A DNA stretch of 64,000 nt from a virus (Duplodnaviria > Caudoviricetes): IMG/VR virus record IMGVR_UViG_3300033066_002255; one strand, 5' to 3'. Positions 15,825 to 25,777 of this stretch are shown here, piece by piece. Made by a program: the position numbers and the translations under genes. The notes under the pieces were generated by a model. That model did not search any database. It worked only from the letters and a program-made list of their open reading frames with translations, and had not been told where the DNA came from. Numbering within the stretch: position 1 is the stretch's first letter; each line of letters starts with the position of its first letter.

Positions 15825-16229
15825 ATGAACAAAGAAGAGTTTAAAAAATATGTTCTTGCTGAAGCAAGAAAGCATATATTCTCGATGGACTCAAAACCTA
15901 ATGAGTCAAATGACGCTCTTATTAATGAGAGTGAAAATACTGCTGTTTCTTCTAGTGAAGAAATAAATCCATCTGACATCAAAAGATTAGCAGAAGAAAT
16001 TAAAAAAATCAATAAAACGATTGATTTAAGAAATCCTCTTTTATTTGATAGTGGAGAAAGTTTAGTTGAAAGTATAATGAAAAACAACACAACGGTTCTT
16101 AGAGATAGAGAATTAGATGTAGATGCTATCAACAAAGAAAAAAATGTAAATTTTAAAAATGAATCTGAAAAAGACAAGTGGGGTAGAATGATAAAACATT
16201 CTAAATTTAACGAGGAAACAGAAGACTAA
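15825..16229 (+). CDS. Hypothetical protein, likely late/virion
   Basis: ATG 15825 (MNKEEFKKYVLAEARK); TATTTATT upstream. Confidence 0.7.
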   Translation: MNKEEFKKYVLAEARKHIFSMDSKPNESNDALINESENTAVSSSEEINPSDIKRLAEEIKKINKTIDLRNPLLFDSGESLVESIMKNNTTVLRDRELDVDAINKEKNVNFKNESEKDKWGRMIKHSKFNEETED

Positions 16230-16232
16230 TAG

Positions 16233-16263
16233 AAAAGCCAGATGAATGTCTGGCTTTTTTTTT
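16233..16263 (+). terminator. Intrinsic terminator
   Basis: AAAAGCCAGA-TGAATG-TCTGGCTTTTTTTTT. Confidence 0.8.
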
Positions 16264-16277
16264 GCATATTTATATTC

Positions 16278-17957
16278 ATGAGTTATACACCATATCATAT
16301 TAAAAAAAGACTTAAAGAAATTATTTCTCCTTCAGGGGTTGATGTATCTGATGTATCTAAATTAAAACCAGGTTTGAGTGGTAAAATCTGGCAAAAAGAT
16401 GGTAAGATAAAACCAGAAGTAAGAAATAAAATGATAATGATTGCCAAAAAATTCTATGAATATTTAGGTTTAGATTATCCTATTGTTGATATTTATTTTA
16501 CTGGTAGTTTAGCTAATTATAATTGGACAAATCATAGCGATGCTGATATTCATATTATTTTTGATATGAATGGAGAAGAAGAAGATGCTCTTTTATCTGA
16601 GTTTATTTTTGCTAAAAAAGATTTGTGGGCAGAAAAACATGATATTAAATTATATGGTTTTCCTGTGGAGCTATTTGCGAAAAATTTAGAGGAGGAACAT
16701 GAATCAAAAGCAATTTATAGTCTAATTAAAAACGATTGGTTAAAAAAACCTTCCAAAAAAAATATCTCTATAGATTCTGAATCTATAAAAATAAAGGCTG
16801 CAGATTTAATGAATAAAATAGATGATATTGAAAAAATATCAGATGAAACAGAAAAATTAAATAAAGCTGAAAAATTAAAAGATAAAATAAAAAACATGAG
16901 AGGCGCTGCGCTTGAGCAAGGTGGAGAGTATTCTACAGAAAATCTTGTGTTTAAAACATTAAGAAATAATGGTTATCTTGATAAATTAAATAACATTAAA
17001 AGGGATACATTTGATACGCAAATGAGCTTAAAAGAATCTAGTAGTAAAGACCATAAATATGAATATGGTTGCTTAATGCTTGGAGTAAATATTCCTAATT
17101 GGAAAAAGATAATAGGCCAAATCAAACCAGAAGATTTATATGATAAGCCTGGCTTTGGAAATGAAAATGAGCCGCATGTAACAGCCTTATTTGGGTTTCA
17201 CGACAATGAAGTTTCGTTAGATGAAATAAAAAAATTCACAAAGAAAATAGTAAATAGGCCTTTGCCTATTAAATTAACTGGAATTAGTTTATTTGAAAAT
17301 AAAGATATGCCATATGATGTAATAAAATTTGATGTGAAGTCAAATGAATTAACAAGATTAAACAAATGGCTAAGAAGATTACCTCATACAAGTTCATTTA
17401 AAGATTATCATCCTCACATGACAATTGCTTATGTAAAAAAAGGTGAAGGACAAAAATATGTAAAAGAATTTAATGAGCCACTTAATGTTATAGGCGATAA
17501 AATCATTTATTCTCATCCAGATAAAAGCAAAGATATATGGAGTGTAATAAAGAGAAATACACTAAAAATTCAAAAGGATATTCCTGGAATGACAGATGAA
17601 AAAATAAAAATCTTAAAAGACTTTGTAAATTTCACTTGTTGTAAATTAAATATAGAAGAACCAGTTACAGTTGTTATAAGAAATGGCAGAGATGAATATA
17701 TATCTACCACAGCTTCTTATTTGCCAAATGAAAATGAAAATCACATTAGAGCTGGCGGAAGAGCTATAGTAGATATATGTAGGTCAATAGGACATGAACT
17801 TACTCATAATAGACAAAGAGAACTTGGTATATTTAATCCAGGAGATAATGTGCAAAATATAGGAGGTAAAATCGAAGATGAGGCAAATTCAATCGCTGGA
17901 ATTTTAATAAAAGATTTTACTCATAATTATGGCTATGATGGTATTTATGAGATTTAA
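16278..17957 (+). CDS. Three-domain fusion: Pol-beta-type nucleotidyltransferase + 2H phosphoesterase (T4 57B/Acb1-like) + HExxH metallopeptidase-like domain
   Basis: GSLANYNW...SDADIH; EPHVTALFG and YHPHMTIAY; GHELTH...EDEAN. Start moved to ATG 16278, downstream of the terminator and TATTTATA. Confidence 0.82.
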   Translation: MSYTPYHIKKRLKEIISPSGVDVSDVSKLKPGLSGKIWQKDGKIKPEVRNKMIMIAKKFYEYLGLDYPIVDIYFTGSLANYNWTNHSDADIHIIFDMNGEEEDALLSEFIFAKKDLWAEKHDIKLYGFPVELFAKNLEEEHESKAIYSLIKNDWLKKPSKKNISIDSESIKIKAADLMNKIDDIEKISDETEKLNKAEKLKDKIKNMRGAALEQGGEYSTENLVFKTLRNNGYLDKLNNIKRDTFDTQMSLKESSSKDHKYEYGCLMLGVNIPNWKKIIGQIKPEDLYDKPGFGNENEPHVTALFGFHDNEVSLDEIKKFTKKIVNRPLPIKLTGISLFENKDMPYDVIKFDVKSNELTRLNKWLRRLPHTSSFKDYHPHMTIAYVKKGEGQKYVKEFNEPLNVIGDKIIYSHPDKSKDIWSVIKRNTLKIQKDIPGMTDEKIKILKDFVNFTCCKLNIEEPVTVVIRNGRDEYISTTASYLPNENENHIRAGGRAIVDICRSIGHELTHNRQRELGIFNPGDNVQNIGGKIEDEANSIAGILIKDFTHNYGYDGIYEI

Positions 17958-18820
17958 TTGTTTTCAACATTATTGCTGAAAATAGTTATTTGCTCATGTT
18001 TAAGTTTTTGAGGTTTTTCTACTCCAAATATTACAGCAGCCTTTTTTATTTGAGATGACATTGCTTTTTTTCTATGATTACCAGTTATTGGTATATTTGG
18101 ATTCACATAAAATGTATGGTCTACCAACCAATCTTCATGAGCAACTCTTAAAGTTTCCATAGTAAGAGTATCTAAATCTTTAACTCCCATTTGATTAACT
18201 TCAAATAATAATGTACCATAATTATTTACTGGAAAAGATTGAGCCTCTGTAATTCCAGCTTCAAGAAAAGAATTAAGTTGTCTTTTATTGAACTCATTCG
18301 AGTTTCTGAAAATATCTAATTCTGCTACACGTCTGACATCAGATAAAACAATTTTGTACACATCTTTTGCATCTTCAGCGAATGCTCTATTAATCCAGCA
18401 AAAACGACCATTAATATTTCTCATTTTTTCCCCATACCAAATTACATAAGGTCTTAAAAATGGTTTTATCTCTGGGTCTTCTGAAAAGAAATCAATTTTA
18501 TCAAGAGACCATTTTGATATCCATGTAACCATTCCTGATTCTTCTGTTTTCTTTCTATATTCTTCTCTCTCACGTGTTTTTAAATCTTCCAAAACAGCTT
18601 CCTTAAGATAGGCATTCATTTCTTTCTTTATGTTATCAGCAAATGCAACTCTTTTATAACCATAATATTCTATGAAAGTTTCAGCTATGAAATCTTTACC
18701 ACTTTTTGCATAACCCATCAATCCGACGATTACTTTATTTTCAATTAATTTAAAGTTTATTGAATCGTGCTTTTCAGCACTAATTAATTCTTGAGGAATT
18801 TGAATATCGAATTCTTGCAT
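17954..18820 (-). CDS. Deoxynucleoside monophosphate kinase (T4 gp1-like)
   Basis: GLMGYAKSGKD, AFADNIK, W, SDVR. Confidence 0.82.
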   Translation of the reverse strand: MQEFDIQIPQELISAEKHDSINFKLIENKVIVGLMGYAKSGKDFIAETFIEYYGYKRVAFADNIKKEMNAYLKEAVLEDLKTREREEYRKKTEESGMVTWISKWSLDKIDFFSEDPEIKPFLRPYVIWYGEKMRNINGRFCWINRAFAEDAKDVYKIVLSDVRRVAELDIFRNSNEFNKRQLNSFLEAGITEAQSFPVNNYGTLLFEVNQMGVKDLDTLTMETLRVAHEDWLVDHTFYVNPNIPITGNHRKKAMSSQIKKAAVIFGVEKPQKLKHEQITIFSNNVENN

Positions 18821-18880
18821 AGTATAATTTTATACGTCAAAAGTATAAAAAACAATTAAAATAAAAAAATTTATTTTTAA

Positions 18881-19948
18881 TTAAACTGCAATTGGAGCAC
18901 TAATATTTTTTAGTGGTTTATAATCAATTAATTCAATATCACTATATTGAAAGTCGAAAATATTTTTAATATTTGGATTCAACTTTATTTGAGGTAATTT
19001 TGGCCCAAAATTAGAACCTACTAAATTACTTGCCTCTTTTGGGTTATTCCAAAAATCAATAGATTCTCCTGAGTGCGTTCTATTTAAAAATTCATTTACC
19101 TGGTCTTTATGATTTAAATATAAATGTGCATCTCCAAAGGTATGAACAAATTTATCAGGAACCATATTTACGACTTGAGCTATCATGTGTAACAGCAAAG
19201 AATAAGAAGCAATATTAAAAGGTACTCCTAAAAATGTATCTGCTGAACGTTGATAAAGTTGTAACGATAATTTATATCTAGGTACACTTCTTCTGTCTAA
19301 TTTTTCATCTGTGTTTAAATCATCAGTATCAATACCCCCTCTTTCAGTAACCATTTTATCATATATTTCAAGACGCTCAAAATGAGTAAGTTCTTCTGTG
19401 TAAAATTGAAATATTGTATGACAAGGTCTAAGAGCCATTTTATTTAACTCTCCTACATTCCATGCAGAAACAATTATACCACGGTCTTCTGGGTTTGTTT
19501 TAAGACGGTCAATTGCATTTTGAAGTTGATTGATAACTTTTCTTTTCCTTTTATCTTCTATCGAAATTATATCAATTTCTGTGTCTCTTTCGACAAAGTG
19601 TTTTTCACTTACCCAATTAGTCCATTGTTCTCCATAAACTGGTCCAAGATTTCCTTCTTTATCGGCCCACTCGTTCCAAATGTTAACTTTATTATCAGTA
19701 AGATATTTGATGTTAGTGGCAGGAATATTTTTATACGTTTCAAGCTTAGTATGATTACCAAGAAACCAAATAAGCTCATGAGCTACACCTGGAAACCAAG
19801 TTTTTTTTAATGTAAGCAAAGGAAACCCTTCATTCATTTTATAAATAGATTGATGTCCGAAAATAGAGATAGTTCCAGTGCCAGTTCTATCTTTTTTTTC
19901 TTTTCCTTCTTCTATAATTTTAGTTACAAGTTTAACATATTGTTCCAT
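18881..19948 (-). CDS. thyA: Thymidylate synthase
   Basis: DRTGTGT, GFPLLT, LGPVYGEQW, MALRPCH, YQRSADTFLGVPFNIASY, GDAHLY. Confidence 0.96.
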   Translation of the reverse strand: MEQYVKLVTKIIEEGKEKKDRTGTGTISIFGHQSIYKMNEGFPLLTLKKTWFPGVAHELIWFLGNHTKLETYKNIPATNIKYLTDNKVNIWNEWADKEGNLGPVYGEQWTNWVSEKHFVERDTEIDIISIEDKRKRKVINQLQNAIDRLKTNPEDRGIIVSAWNVGELNKMALRPCHTIFQFYTEELTHFERLEIYDKMVTERGGIDTDDLNTDEKLDRRSVPRYKLSLQLYQRSADTFLGVPFNIASYSLLLHMIAQVVNMVPDKFVHTFGDAHLYLNHKDQVNEFLNRTHSGESIDFWNNPKEASNLVGSNFGPKLPQIKLNPNIKNIFDFQYSDIELIDYKPLKNISAPIAV

Positions 19949-20912
19949 ATGATATTTTTTTTAAGTTACAAAATTTTTTTATTTCTTCAATTTGTCTATT
20001 AGTTAATTGAGAGTCTTTAGAAGATTTTGAAAAAATAGCTTTATCATATTTTAGAATTCCATGTATACTATCAAAAGAAAGAGATATAGCAAATCGTTTA
20101 TGTTCATTGTTTAAAGTAGAACCATTTATGTCATAAATGCTTATTAGAATATTTTTATTATCTATACAATTTTGAATTTCTCCAGATAAATCTATACCAT
20201 TAGTTATTGCTTGACTGGATACATTCAACTTATTTCTGAGAAGAGTTACAATAAAAGAGCCATTGTAATCATGCATACTTTCTAAAAACAAAAAAGGCTC
20301 AGTAAATTCTTCCATATTTATTGGAGTTTTATGATGAAAAGTTTTTTTGTTTACTGTAATACCTTTTACATGTAAACTTTTCATTTCTTCTACTAAGTTT
20401 TTTTTATCAGAGTTTGATAATTCTATTTGGCTTAGACTTTTCCAATTGTTTACAGGAGGGGCAAGACCACCATTATCTAAAACCCTATTTTGTTGAGAGT
20501 TTTTTAATTTTTCAGCAAAAGCTTTATTAATTTGTTCATCAACAGATTTTGCTGAATCTAAATAATTTTTAGAAACTTCTTGATTTTCTTTTGTTATTCC
20601 TATTGTTGGATTAAAACCATTAAATCTTACTTCTGCGCTTAATACTAAATTATCTTTCTTTGGAACTATAGTATTTAAAGAAACATTATACTGATTAATA
20701 GATTTTAAAATTGAATCGCAATCCTTATTGATAATAGTAACTAAACGTTTTAAAGTATAAACATTAAATTCATTTTTAAGCTCATTTTCAAGCTCAGAAC
20801 TATCTCCGCACATTGAGATTATTTTATTGATAATCTCATTTTTAAGAGACTCCTGACGCTTTTCTTGTTCTTTTTCTGCTTCCGTTTTAAATGGAATAAA
20901 TTTTCTTAACAT
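19932..20912 (-). CDS. Hypothetical protein
   Basis: 326 aa; TATATTTG upstream; overlaps the thyA start. Confidence 0.7.
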   Translation of the reverse strand: MLRKFIPFKTEAEKEQEKRQESLKNEIINKIISMCGDSSELENELKNEFNVYTLKRLVTIINKDCDSILKSINQYNVSLNTIVPKKDNLVLSAEVRFNGFNPTIGITKENQEVSKNYLDSAKSVDEQINKAFAEKLKNSQQNRVLDNGGLAPPVNNWKSLSQIELSNSDKKNLVEEMKSLHVKGITVNKKTFHHKTPINMEEFTEPFLFLESMHDYNGSFIVTLLRNKLNVSSQAITNGIDLSGEIQNCIDNKNILISIYDINGSTLNNEHKRFAISLSFDSIHGILKYDKAIFSKSSKDSQLTNRQIEEIKKFCNLKKISYGTIC

Positions 20913-20944
20913 ATCTTATTTTATTATACACAAATATAATAAAA

Positions 20945-22048
20945 TTATGAATTTAAACAAAATGATTTAAAGTATTCTTGTCTTGTAATATTCTTTTCTT
21001 CTAAGGCATCTATAATTTTAATTTTATCTTCAATAAAATGAATATCCTTCTTTATTGTACTGGCTTTTTCAAATTCATCAGCATCAGCAAGCGTAAGCAT
21101 TTTTTCGCTAAACCTTTTTTTAAGCTTTAACATTTCTGGCACCAAAGGTTCTAATGGTATTACTTTTTTCTGTTCTAAGCTAAGTTCTTTTTTTATTTTT
21201 TTAGACATATAAATCATATCATCATAATGCCCGTTAAGATTAACTTCAATTACAATTTTATGTATAGGATTTATATTCTTTTTTATCTCCATGATATTAT
21301 AAGTAAATTCTTTTGTTTTCTTAATCATATCACCATTTTCATTGTAATCTGGTTTGGTAAACTTAAAATTTCCTTTATGTAAAAAATTAATTTCATTAAT
21401 AAATTCTCCATAATTTTTTACACTCTGTAAAACTATAACCCCAGGAATTTTAGACTCAATTCTAACAAATTCGGATTTTGTTATTTGTAAAAAATTTCTG
21501 TTATTATTATTATCTTTAGAATAGATATCACCTAATATTTCAAGCATACAATCATTTTCATTGAAAAAGTTGCATTGCAAAAATAAATAAAAATGGAGGG
21601 TAATTTTTTCTCCTATTTTAGGTACTTTATTTTTAGTTTTCATTTCAAGCTCCTCAGAGTTTATAAACTGAAATCTGACATTATTATTTGAATCTGATAT
21701 TAACCCATAAGGATTGCCAGGTACTCTTAATTCTTCTTGTAAATCTTTTATTTCCTTTAAAATAGAAATTTCAAGAATTTTACTATAGTTTGCACCTAAT
21801 CCTTCTAATTTTGCCCTAACTTCTTCTATAGGAACTTTAGTTTCTTCTGTAGATTCAAATGTGCAATAATCAATTTCTTTAAATCCATATTGATTTAATA
21901 TATATCTAAAAAAGTCATACTCTGGTTCCAGACATAAACTTTTTTCAATTACATCATATCCATTATGTGTAACAAAAATAATATTTTTGGTTGGCACATT
22001 ATATGGACTAATAATTACACAAAAATCTAATTTATTTTTAAAATTCAT
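20945..22048 (-). CDS. Hypothetical protein with C-terminal UVR (UvrB/C) motif
   Basis: LADADEFEKASTIKKDI; ATG 22048 preferred because TATTTATA is at 22064-22071. Confidence 0.65.
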   Translation of the reverse strand: MNFKNKLDFCVIISPYNVPTKNIIFVTHNGYDVIEKSLCLEPEYDFFRYILNQYGFKEIDYCTFESTEETKVPIEEVRAKLEGLGANYSKILEISILKEIKDLQEELRVPGNPYGLISDSNNNVRFQFINSEELEMKTKNKVPKIGEKITLHFYLFLQCNFFNENDCMLEILGDIYSKDNNNNRNFLQITKSEFVRIESKIPGVIVLQSVKNYGEFINEINFLHKGNFKFTKPDYNENGDMIKKTKEFTYNIMEIKKNINPIHKIVIEVNLNGHYDDMIYMSKKIKKELSLEQKKVIPLEPLVPEMLKLKKRFSEKMLTLADADEFEKASTIKKDIHFIEDKIKIIDALEEKNITRQEYFKSFCLNS

Positions 22049-22114
22049 TTTTATTGGTTTATTTATAAATAGATTCTTAAATATATTATTCATTTTTATT
22101 AAAATAAAGGCAAG

Positions 22115-22744
22115 ATGGAGATTTATGCTATAAAAAAAAACAAACACTACTCTAGTGGAGATAGATTTCAATTTGCAACTATTGCCTATAGTTTAGCCAT
22201 ATTAAGTATCTTGTTATCGTTTTTTGTAGTTTGGTGGGCTTTTTTGCCAGGTTTATTTATTTCTATTTTTTTATGGAGTATAGCAAAAGAAGATAGTAAA
22301 AGTGAATCTAAGAGAGTAATGTTTTCAAGAGACTGTATATATAAGTTAGATAGAAATTATGACCAAATAAATAAATTATTTGGTATATCAGAAGGATATC
22401 ATCATTGGAATTCAGCAAGATTTGGATGGAGATGTATAGATGCAGAAACAATAGAAATATTGGCATATTGTTATATAGATGGAGAAAGAATAGTTAAGCC
22501 TATAATGAAATGTAAACCAGATTCTTGGTTTTTTTGCAATTTGCAAAATAAAGAAGATAAATATATTTTTAAAACATTAGATATCAAAAATAATGGATAT
22601 ATTGTTTATGTTAATAAAGCAAATAAAAAAAGTTTTAAAAATATATTTAGTGTATTTATTTATAAGTTATTTCCATATTTTGGCGGAGAAATAGTAGCAC
22701 CTCAAAATATGAAAATTTTTATGGTTAATTTAAAAACAAAATAA
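22115..22744 (+). CDS. Membrane-anchored protein, possible polysaccharide-lyase (PL14)-like domain
   Basis: Two N-terminal TM helices; NKLFG...SARFGWR...AYCY...PYFGG. Confidence 0.5.
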   Translation: MEIYAIKKNKHYSSGDRFQFATIAYSLAILSILLSFFVVWWAFLPGLFISIFLWSIAKEDSKSESKRVMFSRDCIYKLDRNYDQINKLFGISEGYHHWNSARFGWRCIDAETIEILAYCYIDGERIVKPIMKCKPDSWFFCNLQNKEDKYIFKTLDIKNNGYIVYVNKANKKSFKNIFSVFIYKLFPYFGGEIVAPQNMKIFMVNLKTK

Positions 22745-22746
22745 TT

Positions 22747-22911
22747 ATGACAGAATATCCAGATTTTCATGGCGATATGCCTATAATGCATACAACTTTA
22801 AAAGTTGAATCATGTAAATGCAAAAAGAAATGTGATTGCAAAGACAAATGCGATTGCACAAATTGTAAATGCAAAGACTGTAATACTAAGAATTGCAATT
22901 GTTCTAAATAA
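22747..22911 (+). CDS. Metallothionein-like 54 aa Cys-rich protein
   Basis: MTEYPDFHGDMPIMHTTLKVESCKCKKKCDCKDKCDCTNCKCKDCNTKNCNCSK*; 11 Cys, five CxC. Confidence 0.75.
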   Translation: MTEYPDFHGDMPIMHTTLKVESCKCKKKCDCKDKCDCTNCKCKDCNTKNCNCSK

Positions 22912-23796
22912 CTACAATTTATAAACTAATAATTCTGGTCTGTAACATGAAATTACAGACCAATTATTTTCATTTAACTTGTAAAATCTACATTTATCTA
23001 CAAACTTATCTGGTCTCGATATTAAAAGCTTTTCCCAACCGAGAGGAGTTATATCATTTGTATCAACAGAATCAAGTAAATAACTTAAATCTGGACTATC
23101 GAAAAGAACTACTAATTGTATTAAATTATAAGGGTCTCCTTGAATAAATTTTTCATAATTACAATAATATAATAAATCTGGTTGATATGGTAAAATATTA
23201 AGCCAGTCTAAAGTAGTTAAAGAATCAATATCAAATAAATCAAGCATTTCCTCTCCAGTATTAATTAGTATTTCTGCTACTTGATAACTCTTTAAAGATT
23301 TATAATCTAAAATTTGTATTATACTTCTTTTAAAATTATATGCTCTTATTATGTGCAAGGTTTCAATAAAATTAAATCTATACTTATCAATATCAATTAA
23401 ATCCCAATATTTTTCATTGCCTATACATAAAAGAAAGAATGCATCATCATGACTCAAATTGTCAAATGAAAAATTAAAGTGAGTAAATAAAAGTTCTGGT
23501 TTTTTATGAATTAAAAAAAATATCTCCTTAATTCTGTAATTGTATTTTTTTAAATTGATTTTTTCAATCAAGTCTAAATTCCTAATAACGATTCTAACAG
23601 CCTGCATTTTATCAAGTTTCTCCCATCTAATAAAGGGATGTATTCTTGGATTATCTACAAAGTATCTATCAGGTACATTTTTATAATCCAATATTTCACA
23701 TATAAAACGAAGTTCATCATCATTAAACAAGTCGATATTTGATAGGGCGTTATCTAAGAGAGATTTAACTATTATGTGGAATTGATTATTTTTCAT
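22912..23796 (-). CDS. Hypothetical helical-repeat protein
   Basis: Recurrent ~22-24 aa W..(L/I)(L/I)...P.(L/F) units. Confidence 0.65.
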   Translation of the reverse strand: MKNNQFHIIVKSLLDNALSNIDLFNDDELRFICEILDYKNVPDRYFVDNPRIHPFIRWEKLDKMQAVRIVIRNLDLIEKINLKKYNYRIKEIFFLIHKKPELLFTHFNFSFDNLSHDDAFFLLCIGNEKYWDLIDIDKYRFNFIETLHIIRAYNFKRSIIQILDYKSLKSYQVAEILINTGEEMLDLFDIDSLTTLDWLNILPYQPDLLYYCNYEKFIQGDPYNLIQLVVLFDSPDLSYLLDSVDTNDITPLGWEKLLISRPDKFVDKCRFYKLNENNWSVISCYRPELLVYKL

Positions 23797-23870
23797 TATT
23801 TGGTTTTCACCTTATTTATCTTTATATTTTAATAAATAAAATAGTAAAAAAAAGCAAAAAAATAAATATT

Positions 23871-24194
23871 ATGAACACAGAAAAACAAAAAGTAGAACTT
23901 GAGATTGCAGAAATGGTTTTAAGTACTTATAATAAAATTGCAATATGGAACAATAGCGATTTTGACAATAAAGCGCAAAGAGGAGATGCGTTAAAAATAG
24001 TTTCTCAAGATATTGTTCAAACTATTTTAGAACAATTAGCATCCAATATGGGGGTAGAGGCTGGAGTAGAAGTTTTTAGAGGAGATGTTGTGGTTAGTGA
24101 CAAAAATGAAGTTAATGATAAAGAATCTTTTTTAAATTCAAATGAATCAGATGTTTTTAATAAACTATTTATAAATAAAGAAAATACACAATAA
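23871..24194 (+). CDS. Hypothetical protein
   Basis: 107 aa ORF. Confidence 0.65.
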   Translation: MNTEKQKVELEIAEMVLSTYNKIAIWNNSDFDNKAQRGDALKIVSQDIVQTILEQLASNMGVEAGVEVFRGDVVVSDKNEVNDKESFLNSNESDVFNKLFINKENTQ

Positions 24195-24195
24195 T

Positions 24196-25080
24196 ATGCT
24201 TAGTTTTTTTACAATAGTTTGGTCTTGGCTTAAAGACCCTAAAAATAGAGGAATTATTAAATTGGCGGCTATTGCCATATTAATTCTTATAATATTAATG
24301 CAATGCTCAAGAAATAGAGGTTTGCAAAATGAGTTACAAGCTCAAAAAGATGAAACTACAAGAATCATCAACAACAACGAAGCTAAAACAGCCCCATTAA
24401 TTCAAAAACACATTAATGATTCTACGCTATTAGCAGAGAAGCTCGCATTAAGTTTGACTGTAGAAGAACTAAAAAAAGAATATAAAGATTTACTTGTAGG
24501 ATTTGAGCAATTTAAAAAACAAAATCCAAAAGTAATTGAAAAAGTTACAGTAAATAACTATGAAACAATAAGAGAGGTCCCTGTTTATGCTAAAATGGAT
24601 TCTCTTGGGAATGGAGAATTTAATTTTAGTGATACAGCTAAATATGCTGATGGAAATTCACGAGTTTTAAAAGGAGACATACAATATAAAAATAGATTTT
24701 TTAAAAAAACAGATTCTACAGAGGTTGACTTAAATAAACTTGGGTACTATTCTAAAGTTACAAGAGGTTCAGGTAATTTTATATTAGACCAAAAAATAAA
24801 ATTAAAAGTTGGTTTATTTGAAGACCCTAAAACTAAAAAGGTTACAATTGCAGCTCAGACAAGTTATCCAGGAATAACTTTTACTCAATTAGAAGGTGCT
24901 GATATAATGAGTGATGAAGTTTCAAGAAAAGCAGCAAGAAATTTCAGAAAAACTTGGGGAATTGGTTTTAATATAAGTTATGGAGCCACTGTAGACCTTA
25001 AAACATCTAAATTAATATTTGGCCCTCAAATCGGAATTGGCATACATTATACACCAAAAATTTTACAATGGGGCAAATAA
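24196..25080 (+). CDS. Membrane-anchored coiled-coil protein with C-terminal Gly/aromatic beta-hairpin (possible lysis/spanin-like)
   Basis: TM helix ending MQC, coiled coil, WGIGFNISYG...GPQIGIGIHY; TATTTATA at 24166. Confidence 0.55.
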   Translation: MLSFFTIVWSWLKDPKNRGIIKLAAIAILILIILMQCSRNRGLQNELQAQKDETTRIINNNEAKTAPLIQKHINDSTLLAEKLALSLTVEELKKEYKDLLVGFEQFKKQNPKVIEKVTVNNYETIREVPVYAKMDSLGNGEFNFSDTAKYADGNSRVLKGDIQYKNRFFKKTDSTEVDLNKLGYYSKVTRGSGNFILDQKIKLKVGLFEDPKTKKVTIAAQTSYPGITFTQLEGADIMSDEVSRKAARNFRKTWGIGFNISYGATVDLKTSKLIFGPQIGIGIHYTPKILQWGK

Positions 25081-25523
25081 ATAAAGAAAACCTTAAAGGC
25101 GGAAAAGCGGATAATTTATCTATAAAAGATATTGCTAAGATTCATAATGTAAGTCCTGAAGCTATTGAAAAAGAAATTGAAATTGGTATGGAAGTTGAAA
25201 GAGAACATACTAATTCTAAATCAAAACAAAAAGAGATAGCCAAAGACCATGCCGTTGAAGATGACAAATATTATACAGACCCAAAAACTGGTTTAATTGC
25301 TATGGAAAAGAAAAAAGAAAAATTACATGAAGAGAGTAAAAGATTAATGGCTCTTGCAGGTATTCAAGAAGGAGAAAAAAAGTTTCTTACTAACGAAGAA
25401 TTTAAAGAAGAATCAAAAACATCTGAAAATAAAAATGACAATGATAATTTCATTGTCATTGAATTTGACCAAAAGGACATAGAACCAGGCACAGATGATG
25501 ACCAGTTATACAAATTAGGTTAA
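25068..25523 (+). CDS. DUF5661-like protein
   Basis: LKGGKAD...GMEVEREHT...EIAKDH..ED..YY; RLMALAGI. Confidence 0.7.
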   Translation: MGQINKENLKGGKADNLSIKDIAKIHNVSPEAIEKEIEIGMEVEREHTNSKSKQKEIAKDHAVEDDKYYTDPKTGLIAMEKKKEKLHEESKRLMALAGIQEGEKKFLTNEEFKEESKTSENKNDNDNFIVIEFDQKDIEPGTDDDQLYKLG

Positions 25524-25718
25524 TTAGCCATTTGTAGTATCTGTATCAGCTGGATTTACCTGAGCTTGATTAGCGGCCATTTGGTTTGCTACAGCTGTGT
25601 TTAAAAATTCAACAGCCACATAAGCATCATGAGATTCTTTTAAAGAATATGTACCTCTTGATTGTGCAATATTAATTGCTTTAATTAATTCATTTATTGC
25701 TTCAATTGCATTTTTCAT
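25524..25718 (-). CDS. Small hypothetical protein
   Basis: AINIAQSRGTYSLKES; TATTTATA upstream. Confidence 0.65.
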   Translation of the reverse strand: MKNAIEAINELIKAINIAQSRGTYSLKESHDAYVAVEFLNTAVANQMAANQAQVNPADTDTTNG

Positions 25719-25777
25719 ATTTATATTTTTTTGATTAATATTAAATATAAATATGAAAAATAATAAAATAAAGTTAA

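Noticed and set aside
18881-19948. Intron or intein in thyA
   Set aside because: The ORF is continuous; the insertions are short and lack splicing or homing-endonuclease motifs.
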